Translations under genes and position numbers: made by a program
In this document: in pieces, positions 1 to 14,045 of the stretch
Layout of the letters: each line of letters opens with the position of its first letter
Numbering within the stretch: the stretch's first letter is position 1
NCBI RefSeq assembly: GCF_009914755.1
Contig: NC_060933.1
DNA length: 64,000 bases
Strand: one strand, 5' to 3'
Source of the DNA: the human T2T-CHM13v2.0 reference genome, Homo sapiens
The notes under the pieces: model-generated
Seen by the model: only the letters and a program-made list of their open reading frames with translations
Told to the model about the DNA's origin: nothing
Database searches by the model: none

Positions 1-335
1 TACAATTGTAGATAATATAACATTAAATCTTAGATAATAGGAACATAAGGTAAAATACTTAAGAAGTAATGATATCTCAGTATTTGTTACTTTTGTTTTT
101 AATAATGTGTTTATAAATTTAATTTTTAATAAGTGGTTGTGTGTTTAACAACTGGCTTATGAAATTTAATATTTCCCAATCAGCTCTGCAGGAAAATGTT
201 GGCCCTGTTTTAGCAAACTACTAGTATTTATCTGTGATCAAAAGAGACATCAGCACAATGTTTCAATAGTAGCTCAAAAGCTCCTTTTAAATCTCATGTT
301 GAAGAAACCCAAGTTGACTCTATCTAGGTTTAAAT

Positions 336-509
336 CAGAGGTTCCTAAACTGTAGCACATGTCAAAATCACCTAGAGGACTTGGCAAAATATACATTCTT
401 TGACTTAACTCCCAGAGTATCCTGTGAGACTTAGCATTTGAATTTTTTATAAGTTCTCTGGTGATGGTGATACTTCAGATGCTAGGAACCACACTTTGAA
501 AAACAGTTG
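336..509 (+). mobile_element. MER5A-like hAT-Charlie MITE
   Basis: Runs cagaggttcctaaact...aatcacctagaggacttg...ggtgatggtgat...gaaccacactttgaaaaacag, matching MER5A. An 8-bp TSD-like pair gtttaaat (328-335) / gttttaat (2836-2843) is separated by the L1. Confidence 0.75.
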
Positions 510-2823
<2,314 letters not shown>

Positions 2824-3109
2824 GAAAAACAGTTGGTTTTAATGTTTTTCAGGTTCATTCTTTTACTGTGAGTAGAGATGTGTCCAAAAAAAAAAAAAAA
2901 AGTCAACTCAATGTTGAATAAAGAATCTAATATTCATTGGTTATAGAGCTTTAGCTCTGCACTACAATTTCTTTGGCTTCTGGTGTCTGCTCCAAACTAT
3001 ATATAATGAAGATCCTAACTTGCTGATCTTGGGCTTAATCATTCCTCCATCCGCCTCTTTGAAAATTTTTATAGTGACAAATATTTTCTATTTGAGTGGT
3101 TATATCATT

Positions 3110-3305
3110 CCTCTTTTTTTCCCACTCATCCTTTTTTCTTTGCTCTCCTTTCTCCATTTTCTCTCTGATTTTTTTCTCCCCTACCTTTTATTCTTTCTCT
3201 TTTCTCCCCTAAGGGTTCTTCTCTCCTCTCTTTTGTTATTACCTCTCTCTTCCATTTTCCTCCTCCCCTCTTCCCCCCACCTTCTCTAAGCCCCCTTTCA
3301 GTCCC
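3110..3305. repeat. Pyrimidine-rich (CT) low-complexity tract
   Basis: Mostly C/T over about 195 bp. Confidence 0.8.
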
Positions 3306-3571
3306 TCTGAACAACTATTTACATAAATGGCAGTACCTTTCCCTTCCTCATGTGTAAATCTTTTTATTTACTAAGAAAGCAGAAATATGATTTTACATAA
3401 GCAAATAACAAATACGTACTTGCTAAGGCATACTGTAGTACCCAGTTGTGTAACAGTCTAAGGAGAGGTAGGAATGATGAAGGGAAAATTCAAATTATTT
3501 TAAATTGCTCCAGATATTAATTTTAGTTATATTTTATATTTTAAAATATTAGTAATAGGTGTATAGCTCCA

Positions 3572-4594
3572 GAAAGACCTCTATAACTAAAACTACAACT
3601 ACAAAACACTGCTGAAAGAAATCATAGATGAAACAAACAAATGGAAACGCATCCCATGCTCATCAATGGGTAGAAACAATATTGTAAAAGTGGCCATACT
3701 GCCAAAAGCAATCTACAAATTCAACACAATCCCCATCAAAATACCATCATCATTCTTCACAAAATTATAGAAAACAATTCTAAAAATTATATGGAACCAA
3801 AAAAGATCCTGCATAGCCAAAGCAAAGCTAACCAAAAAGAACAAATTTGCAGACATCACACTACCTGATTTCAAACTATACTATAAGGCCATAGTCACCA
3901 AAACAGCATGGTACTACTATAAAAATGGGCACATAGACCAACAGAATAGAAGGGAGAACCCAGAAATAAACCCAAATATTTACAAATATTTACAGCCAAC
4001 TGATCTTTGACAAAGCAAACAAAAACATAAGGTGGGGAAAGGACACCCTTTATAACAAATGGTGCTGGGATAATTGGCTAGCCACATGTAGGAGAATGAA
4101 ACTGGATCCTCATCTCTCACTCGTACAAAAATCACCTGAAGATGGATTAAGGACTTAAACCTAAGACCTGAAACTATAAAAAATTCTCAAAAATAACATT
4201 GGAAAAACTCTTCTAGACACTGGCTTAGGCAAGGATTTCATGATCAAGAACCCAAAAGCAAATGCAGTAAAAACAAAGATAAATAGCTGGGACCTAATTA
4301 AACTGAAGAGCTTTTGCGTGGCAAAAGGAACAGTCAGCAGAGTAAACAGACAACCCACAGAGTTTGAGAAAATCTTCACAATCTATTCATCCAACAAAGG
4401 ATTCATATTCAGAGTCTAAATGAACTCAAATCAGTAAATAAAAAACAAATGATCCCATCAAAAAGTGGGCTAAGGACATAAATAGACAATTCTCAAAACA
4501 AGATATACAAATGGCCAACAAACATATGAAGAAAATGCTCAATATCACTAATAATCAGGGAAATGAAAATCAAAACCACAATACGATACCACCT
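3572..4594 (+). mobile_element. L1PB/L1MA-type ORF2 fragment, no 3'UTR
   Basis: aactacaaaacactgctgaaagaaatcatagatg...catcacactacctgatttcaaactatactataagg...atcaaaaccacaatacgataccacc; contains stops and indels. Confidence 0.9.
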
Positions 4595-6207
4595 TTTAAA
4601 TTTTTTGACTAAATATGTTTATTTCTTTGATAAAATTATTGAGTATGTCAATCCTTATTTTCACTAGGATATTTTTGTTCATATTTTGTTCACAATTTTT
4701 TTAATGCTGAAGTTATTGATTTAATTATTATTTTATAAAACATAGAATCCTTAGATATTCCTGAGGATGGCGGTCACATGAGCATATTTCTGGCTCTTTC
4801 TTTCTAAATTCATTGAAATGATTAAAAGGAGGTAAAAAGTAAGGCAAACTTACATCAGCAGGATAAGGAACTAGTGGAGGATGTTAATACATGCCAGGGG
4901 CTCTAAGAAAGCAATAGGTGCTCAAGGAAAACAGGTTTAAAAAGAAATCTTAAATTTCAGAAAAATTCTAGAAGGGTAAGAGCTGAATATGGAGGAAGTA
5001 TCTGAGAAAGCAGAGAATACACCTATTAATGGCTTATATTCAGTGGAATTAGGAAGTAGAGTTATATGACAGCTTATATTTTCTTTGAGTGGTGATTGTA
5101 CTAGAGACGTCTCTTATTTGAGCTTTACCATGTTTTCTGTATATTTCAACAATATGTAGTATTTTATAACACACAAAATTCATACTAGTTATATAAAAAC
5201 TGACAGTGAGAATTTCCTGATTTTATGAACCTGTTTAAAATCTGTGGACTGCAATAAGTTAAAATTTACTGTGTAGGAAAAGAATTCAGATGATCTGAAG
5301 TTTTCTCAGTTTGCTAGTAATTGTTTTATTGTCCTAGCCTCTCTCTCATTGATCTTGGTCCAGCTCTAGTAGGTTGAAAGCTGTACAAACCTTACCTCCA
5401 CCAATCAGGAAGTTAAATTTTTGAAAACAAATTCTAATATTGTAATAAAAAAGGAAGCTCAGAGAAAAATCAGTACGAACTCACTAAGTATATAATTGAG
5501 TATGTAGTGTGAAAATTCTGAATTAGAGAGTCTTATTTCATTTATACTTTTAACATTTTCTCTATAGAGTTAAAATTATCACCTTTTTGTGGCAGATATA
5601 ATATGATTGTATTCTACTTTATTACACCCATACAAAAGGCCTCCCCATGATAAAATAATGCAGTCTGGACTACTGTATAAGTTATTGCCACCAGTATTGA
5701 GGTGTGGCTGAAAAAAGTGAAAATGGCTGGTTACAAAAACTAATAACAGAAACAGATATTAAGGTACAAAGCGAAGAAGAATAACAGTGTATATGTCACC
5801 CAAGATTTGAAAAAATAAAGTACATATGGAAAGGAAAGAATTAGAGATAAGAAATTTTTGGGTGAAAAAATTTATAAAGCAGAAGGTATTGATTCAACAA
5901 CAGGATTTTAGTATGAAAAACACTGCAATCAAAATAGGAAATATGAATTCATAAAAAGAAAATCTCCAAAATTGTGTTTTCAGTTATGTTTTGGCCATTC
6001 ATTAGTTCAAATTAAACAATGAGATGAGAGAAATGTTTCTCAACCCCCAGCAGTTTTATGAAATATGGTATACCATTTCAAGATGAAAATGGGCTCAAAG
6101 GAGAAAGCTGAGTTTTTACAGAGGGTAAACACCCAGTTTCTGGTTGCTATTCTACCATACACTAGCTATTTGATTCTATTTAAATTACTAAAACTGGTAT
6201 AATATAT

Positions 6208-6822
6208 GTGTGATGATTGAACCTTTGGTGTCAACTTAACTGGATTAAGAGATACCCAGATAGCTGGTAAAGCATTCTTTCCAGATATATCTGTGAGGAT
6301 GTTTCTGGAAGAGACTGGCATTTGAATCAATACATTGAGTAAAGAAGATTTGCCCTCACTCAGTGGGGGTGTGCACTAGCCAGTTGGCTGAGTGCCTGGA
6401 GAGAACAAAAAGAAGGAAAACAAGTTTTTTACCTGTTCTATAGCTGAGCCACACTCCATCTTCTGCCTTTGCACATTAGAACTTCAGATTCTCTGGCTTT
6501 TGGACTCTCAAACTTGCACCAATATGCCCTTAGGTTCTCAGGCTTTTGGGCCTCAGAGTGAGAGTTCAACTTCCCTGGTTATGAGGCCTTTGGTCTTGGA
6601 AGTCACGCTGTTGGCCTCATGGTTCTCTAGCTTGCAGGTGGTCTATCATGGTACTTTTCAGCCTCCATAATTGTGTGAGCCAAATCCATGAATAAATCCC
6701 TTCTCATACATCTATGTAACTATATTTATCTGTGTATCTGTGTATGTATGTATGTATCTATCTAATCTATCCATCTGTCATCTATCATATTAGTTTGTCT
6801 CTCTGGAGAACTCTAACGTAAT
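6208..6822 (+). mobile_element. MLT2-family (ERVL) solo LTR with internal TATG/TCTA repeat
   Basis: tgtgatg...gtgtcaacttaactggattaagagatacccagatagctggtaaagcatt...cagcctccataattgtgtgagccaa...ctctggagaactctaac. Confidence 0.8.
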
Positions 6823-6855
6823 GTGTGAAATTACTTTGAAAAAATATAAGCAGTT

Positions 6856-7214
<359 letters not shown>

Positions 7215-7709
7215 TTAAGGTCATAGTAAGACATGAAGAGTAGTAAAGGTAGTTCAATTAAGTTTCTAGAATATATTGTACTGTAAATCTTTTTGCCTAA
7301 TAGATTTTAATATACAAAAACTTCATTTGAAATGAAATCTATATATTGAAAGTATGAAATCTATTGACTAGATTCTTATAATTTTATCAAGTCTTGAATT
7401 ATGGGAGAAAAGCTTTAATGTTTAAGGTTAATTATTATATGTCCAAACCATCAGTTCTCTTTCTAGAGGACTACTGTATGTGGATGAATAATTATCAGTC
7501 ATTTATTTATCATTATCTTTTAGACAGAGTTGACCCAAGTGGTTGTACCAGGAGACGAGTTATATTTATTTGGCTATCTTAACAATGACTGAATTACATA
7601 TTCCAGCACCAAGTTCTCTCTTGAAATAGTTTTTATGTTCTTTTGTCAGCAGGCATGTCGCGGGGTGCTATACTTTTTATTTCCTTAAGGTACATAAGGA
7701 TTGAGAGTT

Positions 7710-7835
7710 GCTCCTTTCACTTATGTCATTACAGACCAGAGCTCAGGATTATAAGGACCTTGCTGAAGTTTTCTCAACTAGTCAGTCATAACTAAAGTCC
7801 AAGTCCCCTGATTCTCAGGCTAGTATATTTTCAAT
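7710..7835 (-). mobile_element. Probable MIR fragment
   Basis: gaccttgctgaagtt...ctagtcagt...aagtcccctgattctcaggctagt resembles the antisense MIR core. Confidence 0.45.
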
Positions 7836-8198
7836 TGCCCTGTGCAGTTTGTCAGGAATGGAGCAATCACTAAATGGAATAACATTGCAGAGTTGGAACA
7901 CAGGAGTTTTTTTTTTTTTTTTTGATGTTGGCAGCAGTGCCCTCGAAACAGTGCACCAAAATAGTCATGTTGAGTGGACCATTATAGTCATGTTGTGTAC
8001 TTGTTTAATCCTAAATGTAAATTAACTTTTCTGGATACCTTAGTGTCCAGAATTTATATAAGTGGTTCCAAAACAGGAGTTTTGTGCTAATCGGAGGGTA
8101 TATAGGTGATCAGGAAGACAAATTTAAAACTATTAACTAAAAATAAGAAAGTTGTACATTACTAATACTTAATAGACAAACATAATTCATGTAAGTTA

Positions 8199-8305
8199 AA
8201 ATACATATATACATATAATACACATATATACATATAATACACATACATATATGTATACATATGAGTATAAATATAGGTGCATATATATGCATACATATAT
8301 ATACA
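8199..8305. repeat. TA/CATA-rich low-complexity repeat
   Basis: Degenerate (TA)n/(CATA)n array. Confidence 0.8.
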
Positions 8306-8477
8306 ATAATGTTCATGCTCAACATTATTTAGCAATAGCAATCAAAAACATAGATTTAAAATTTAAAGTGGCAACAATTCATAAATATTTACATAGATAT
8401 GATTAAGATGTCCAGAGTAAGTTATTAGAATGCTTTTGAAATATGTTATCAAATTGTGAAGGAGAGTCAAATTCATT

Positions 8478-8592
8478 ATTTATTGTAAGTATTCATTGAG
8501 TGACTTCTGTGTGCTAAACATTGTGGTAAATGCTAGGGATACAGCTGTGAAGCAGCATGGTTTCTGCCCTCATGGAGTTTGTTATCTGGTCT
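8478..8592 (-). mobile_element. L2 3' end fragment
   Basis: tattcattgagtgacttctgtgtgctaaacattgtggtaaatgctagggatacag...ctgccctcatggagttt. Confidence 0.7.
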
Positions 8593-9204
8593 GCAAATTT
8601 TGAGGTTTTAGAACTACATAAAGGATTTGAGAGATTTACCTGCAACCAAATTCCTATGTTTATAGCTAGAAAGCCAACTGAGAGTGCTTGATATCTTACA
8701 TATGTTAGTTTAAGGGATTTTAGTTTTTAGAATTTTAACAAAATACCATTTTCATCCACCTCCTTCCTCGTGTTACTGTTTCTCTCCTCATCCATCAGGA
8801 ACTTGGTAGGCAACTTCTCCCTTGTGCCTTACCCACTCGAGCTCCTAGAGACTTTGTGTTATCCACCAAAGTCCTGCCTGGTAACTCCAGTGTTCCATTT
8901 CCCCTCTCCAGTTATACTCCAATTCTCACAGCTATTATTGGGGAGAAAGTATGAGATAAAAATTGATTTATTTTTAAAATATTTATGACTTCCAATCTAC
9001 TTAACTAAATTACAATTCATTACAGTTCACTTTTCTGGAGTGCCTAGTAGGTTTTGGAGACTGTGCTATCAAAAGAGGAATGATTCATAGAGTCCCTACA
9101 CTGTGCTCAGTATAGAACTGACCATAGTGTTGGTGCTCAATAAATGTCAGTTCAATGGATTAAAATGTTAACCTTCCCATGAACATCTACATTTTGTGAA
9201 AGGT

Positions 9205-9440
9205 AGTCTACCAGGGTGGAAATAGAATGATATTTGGAATCGAAGATTAATTGAATCTCAGTATTTCTACTTACCTTCTAGTGACCTTTGTTAAGTTCTT
9301 TAACTTCTATCGGCCAAAGTGTTTGAATATTTGAAATGGGACTAAGACTATCTCACTTCCAATGTTACAAGTAATATAGTGTTAGCATTACAATAATGTA
9401 GGCAAATAGCCTTAATCATTGCATATAGTAGGCACTTGTT
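9205..9440 (+). mobile_element. MIR
   Basis: gaatctcagtatttctacttacc...gtgacctttgttaagttctttaacttct...tagtaggcact. Confidence 0.6.
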
Positions 9441-9869
9441 AGAAAAAATGGTTAAAGGAATAAATCTCTAACAGAAACATTTTATTCAGTTACAAAACTT
9501 ATGAGAAATATTGATTAAGCCAGGTGTTTCTCAATATGGGAAGAACAGCACTGACATTCGCCCCACTGACTATGCGAATGGTGTGGAATCCCGAGGTGGA
9601 GTATACGAGAATCTTGAGATATAAAGCATTTTATTTTAATAAAACTCATTTTATGTGTTTTTGACTTCTTAAAGCAGAAGAAATAAGATAAAGTTCAGCA
9701 AAATATTCCCCCATTAGAGGATAAACAGGAGGAAGGGTATATTTAGTTTTAAAGCAGGATTCCCTACAAATTATGCTCTATATTCTTTGTTATGAGAACA
9801 TTCCTAGTGGCCATAAATATGTACACAGGCATAATGGGTGAGATAAGTAGGTTAGAAAATTATCAGTAA

Positions 9870-10199
9870 TGTCTAAGTTGATTTGTGCTGCAGTAACAGA
9901 ATACCACAAACTGGGCAATTTATAAAAAAGAGAAATTTATTTTCTCACAGTCCTGGAGGCAGGGAAGTTCAATATCAAGGTGCCTGCAGCTTTGGTTGTC
10001 TGGTCAGGGCTGCTCTCTGCTCCCAAGTCAGGCAGAAGTCAAGCTAGACTAACGTGTAAAGGCTTCTTTTGTAAGGGCGTTAATCTAATTCAGGCAGAAG
10101 GAAATCTCACTGTCTAATCGCCCATTACAGGTCCCACTGCTTGATACTGTTATACTGGAAACACCTGAAATGTGGAGGAGATACATTCAAACTATAGCA
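9870..10199 (-). mobile_element. MaLR solo LTR (MST/MLT1A type)
   Basis: tgtctaagttgatttgtgctgcagtaacagaataccacaaactgggcaatttata...ctcacagtcctggaggc...acattcaaactatagca, with TG...CA ends. Confidence 0.8.
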
Positions 10200-10719
10200 A
10201 ATATCTTACTCTTTATAGAAAAGTGTTATTTTAGTATTCAGGAATCTTTACTCTCCAAACTGTTTTTTTTAATAGTAAAAAATAAAGTCCTTGGAATGTT
10301 CTGAGTGCAGCTTAATAAACTTAAAAAGTAATTTTAAAGCTGAGCCCTCAGAAGCTCAGGAACCAGGAGAGCTTTAGAGATCTGAGTAGCAGCAACTAAA
10401 AGTCAACCTCTTTGAAGTACCATCTTTGAACCATTCAGTTCCAGATATGATTGGGGCACTTTAACTAACAATCCCACTAAGTTTATATGAGGTACAGAAT
10501 ATGCAGTTACTCAAAGAATATTGGAGAATTTTCCAGGTATTTTTACATGTATGTTAGAAAAAGTACCTGAGCCAAGTTACTGTAATAACTATACATTTAC
10601 TTTAAATTAAAATATGCAACTTTAATATTCTTATATCTAATATCATCTTTTCCCAAAAAGCAAAATAAAAAAGCTTGCCATATCTCATGTTGCATTATAT
10701 CTAATACATGACCGTGGTA

Positions 10720-11160
10720 CAAAACAAATCTGTTAGTTGGACTCCTTCAAAAAGAAGATGACTATAATTGAAAAGGTGAATGAGGGGAAATATCCCCGAA
10801 GGACAGAGGAGATAAGAGCAGGAGTGAACATTAAGAGCCTTTGGTTCACCATGCAGGTCTCACACCTATGAAAGTAGAAGGATAATTGAAAGATTCTGGC
10901 TGCAGAGGAATTTCAAGAAAGTTTTAGCTAGGCTGATGGGGAATCTTCCAGCCAAAATTATTAAAGAGTTACTAAATAATTACCTGCTACAGAGGATGGA
11001 ACCAGCACCACTGTGGTGCTCCAACATTGACTCTGAGCAATTCAGAAATGGTTTTTATATGAATGTAGTTGTGGATCTGCAGGGCAGTACTGGTGGCTGT
11101 TATTTGACTTTGCTCCCTGTATGAGCAGATCTGAGCAAAACATTTCCATGATTGCCACCA
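10720..11160. mobile_element. Old ERVL-class LTR (LTR16/LTR33-like)
   Basis: gagcaggagtgaac...catgcaggtctcacacctatgaaag...ctaggctgatggggaatcttccagccaaa resembles LTR16-type consensus. Confidence 0.5.
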
Positions 11161-11299
11161 TTATACAGTAAGAAAAACTAAGAATGTAATTCTCCCCAGT
11201 TCCACATTCACTTAATTATCTTACTTGTCATCTTTTCCCCAAAAGCAAAAACAAAAAGCTTGCTGTATCTGATGGTGTATTCATAATTTTTTCTTGTTT

Positions 11300-13130
11300 T
11301 TGTGTTCCAAGATTTTTGTTCCTTAACATATCTTACAGATATTTTTGTATCAATTTATTACATATGCTTTATTATTTTTACTTGCTGTGAATAACTTCAT
11401 TGTATAAAGTGTAAAAGGCATTTTTCTTTTGATGAATTTTGAGTTATTTTTCAAACTTTTGTTATTATGAACAATGTTAAATAAATTTTAATCTGTTCAC
11501 GGTTTTTGTACCTATTTGAATATATCTGTAAGATAAGTCCCTAGGTATGGAATCACCTGGTCACAGGTCATTTATTTTAAAATCAAACATTTTATTTGTA
11601 TATAATAGTAGATTCCCATGTGGTTATAAGAAATAATACAGAGAAATTTTCCCCATTTCCACTAATAGTAACAATTTGCCAAACTGAGGTAAAACAAAGC
11701 AACTGGGATATTGACATTGATAAAGTCCATCTACCTTATTCATATTCCTCTAGTTTTGCTTGTACTATTTACGTGTTTGTGTCTATGTAGGCATATGGGT
11801 ATGTATGTATGTGGTGGGGGTGTTACACATAGTTCTATGCAATTTTATTATGATTATAGATTCATGTATTCAACACATTAGTCTCAAGATACTAAATAGC
11901 TCCTTCACCACAAAGATCTCTTGAGTTGTCCTTTTGTATCTATACTCACTTCTCTCCCTTACTCCATCTTAACACATTGCAACTACTACACTTGTTCTCC
12001 ATCTATATACTTTTGTCATTTCAAGAATGGTATATAAATGGAATCATGGAGTACGTAACCTATTGGAATTGACATTTTTCATCAGCAAAATTATCTTGAG
12101 ATTCATGTGAGTTGTTGCACACATGAATAGTTGTTTCTTTTTTATTGCTGAGTAGTATTGGATGGTATACATGTACCAGTTTGTTCAACGATTCAACTAT
12201 ACACAGGCTTCCGGGTTATTTTTAGTTTTTGGTTACTACAATAAATGCTTTAAGAAAATTCATGTACAGGATTTCTTGTCAACATACATTTCCTTTTTTT
12301 TTTTTTTCAAGAATAAATGCCCATGAGTGCAATTACTGGCTTGAATACTAATTGCATGTTAGTTTTCTAAGAAACAGCCACACTGCTTTCCATAGTGGTT
12401 GTACCATTTTACAGATTCCACATCCCTGCCAGCATTTGTTTTTGAAATTAAGGTTCATTATTTTGCCTATGGATATCCAGTTGCTCCAGCACCATTTGTG
12501 CAAAAGTCCATCTTTCTTCTACTGGATTGCTTGACCTGTTTGTCAAAAATTAGTTTCAGTTTTATATTTGCTTGTGACTATTTTCTGGATTATACATTTT
12601 CTTCCACTTATTTGTGGTCTGTCCTGCCAAGACAAGACATGCTTGATTATTCTAAGCCTTAATATTGGTTCATAATTTTTATTTTAAAATTTTATAAAAC
12701 TGTCCTCCATTAGACTTATTTAAAATGTCACCAGCAATATATCAAGGTGCCTGTTTTGCTACATTTTCAATAATAACAAATATTGTTAAATTTGTTATAA
12801 TTATCTAAAGTGTAAAATACAATATATAACTTTAATTTGCATTTCTCTTGGTATGAGTAAGGTTGAACACATTTTCACGTAGTCATTTATATTTATTTTC
12901 TAAGAACTATTTGTTTATATATTTTTCCCTTTTTCTGTTGAAATTTTTGTTTTTTATTTAAGGACTCATATCAATAATATTAGCATGTTTTATGAGTTGG
13001 GTATATATGGATATACACATTTATGTATATCAATTTGAGATGTAACTTCTTATTTTACTGATAAGGCATCTTTCAAAGTGAAATATTTGGATTTTCATGA
13101 AGTTAAATATATTAATTTTTTTTGACATTT
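11300..13130 (-). mobile_element. Old L1M (L1MC/MD/ME) 3' fragments, probably nested
   Basis: tcatttcaagaatggtatataaatggaatcat...tttttattgctgagtagtattggatggtatac...gatatccagttgctccagcaccatttg. Confidence 0.7.
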
Positions 13131-13174
13131 CTGGTATTCTAATTTTAAAGTATTTTCTTTTACAAATTAATTAG

Positions 13175-13315
13175 ACTCTTTGTATGTCAGTCTCTTCATG
13201 TCCGACATGGGATAATAATAATATATATGTCATGTGGTTCTTGAAAGAATAAAATTAGTTAATGTATATAAAGTTCTTGAAGCAGTGATGGCACACAGAA
13301 GGCTACTATTTTTAT
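13175..13315 (+). mobile_element. MIR 3' half
   Basis: atgggataataata...gttaatgtatataaagttcttgaagcagtgatggcacacag. Confidence 0.6.
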
Positions 13316-13494
13316 TATTTTAAAATGCTGAGCTACATAATAAGTTTTAAGAAATTTAAAATTTCCAGAAAACTTCAATGAAAGCATGAAATGTAGTGAT
13401 CTAGAGGATAACTAGTCCATATATTAAAAATTATATATATATATATATATTTCTTTTTCTTGGAATAAAAAAATGTAGAATTTGAAAATAACAG

Positions 13495-14045
13495 TGTAGT
13501 AGGCAGAATTCTATGATAACCCCTAAAAGACACCCTATCTTGTATAGCCCTCTCCCTTTAAATGTGGTAGGATGTATGACTATGATGTATGACTATGTGA
13601 TTGGTATGTTATATAACAAATGTTAAGGGATCTTGCGGATTCAGTTATGGTTCTAAGTCAGGTGGCTTTGTGTTAATCAAAAGTGATGTTATCACTGGTA
13701 GGCCTGGCCTAATCAGGCAAACCTTTTAAAGAGGGCCTAGAGGTCAGAAACTCCCTCTCCTGCTGACTTGGAAGAAGCAAGCTACTATGAGTTCTACAGT
13801 TGCAAGGACATTTATTTTTGCAACAACAATGTGAGCTTCAAAGTGAATCCTGAGCCTCAGATGAGTCTGCAGGCCTCATTATTATCATTATAATTACTAT
13901 TTTAGTCTCAGAGACCCTGACGAGACAACATAGGTAAACAGTGCTCACATCCCTGACCCCTGAAAACTGTGAGATAATAAGTGGGAAATGATTTAAGCCA
14001 TAAAGTTTCTAATAATGTTCTAAGCAGCAATACAAAATGAATACA
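13495..14045 (+). mobile_element. MLT1E-type MaLR solo LTR
   Basis: tgtagtaggcagaattctatgataacccc...ggcctggcctaatcagg...ggaagaagcaagc...aaactgtgagataataa...gcagcaatacaaaatgaataca. Confidence 0.8.

Noticed and set aside
3020-3314. Leu/Phe/Ser-rich, membrane-like ORF and its antisense
   Set aside because: Artefact of a CT low-complexity tract that lacks stop codons.
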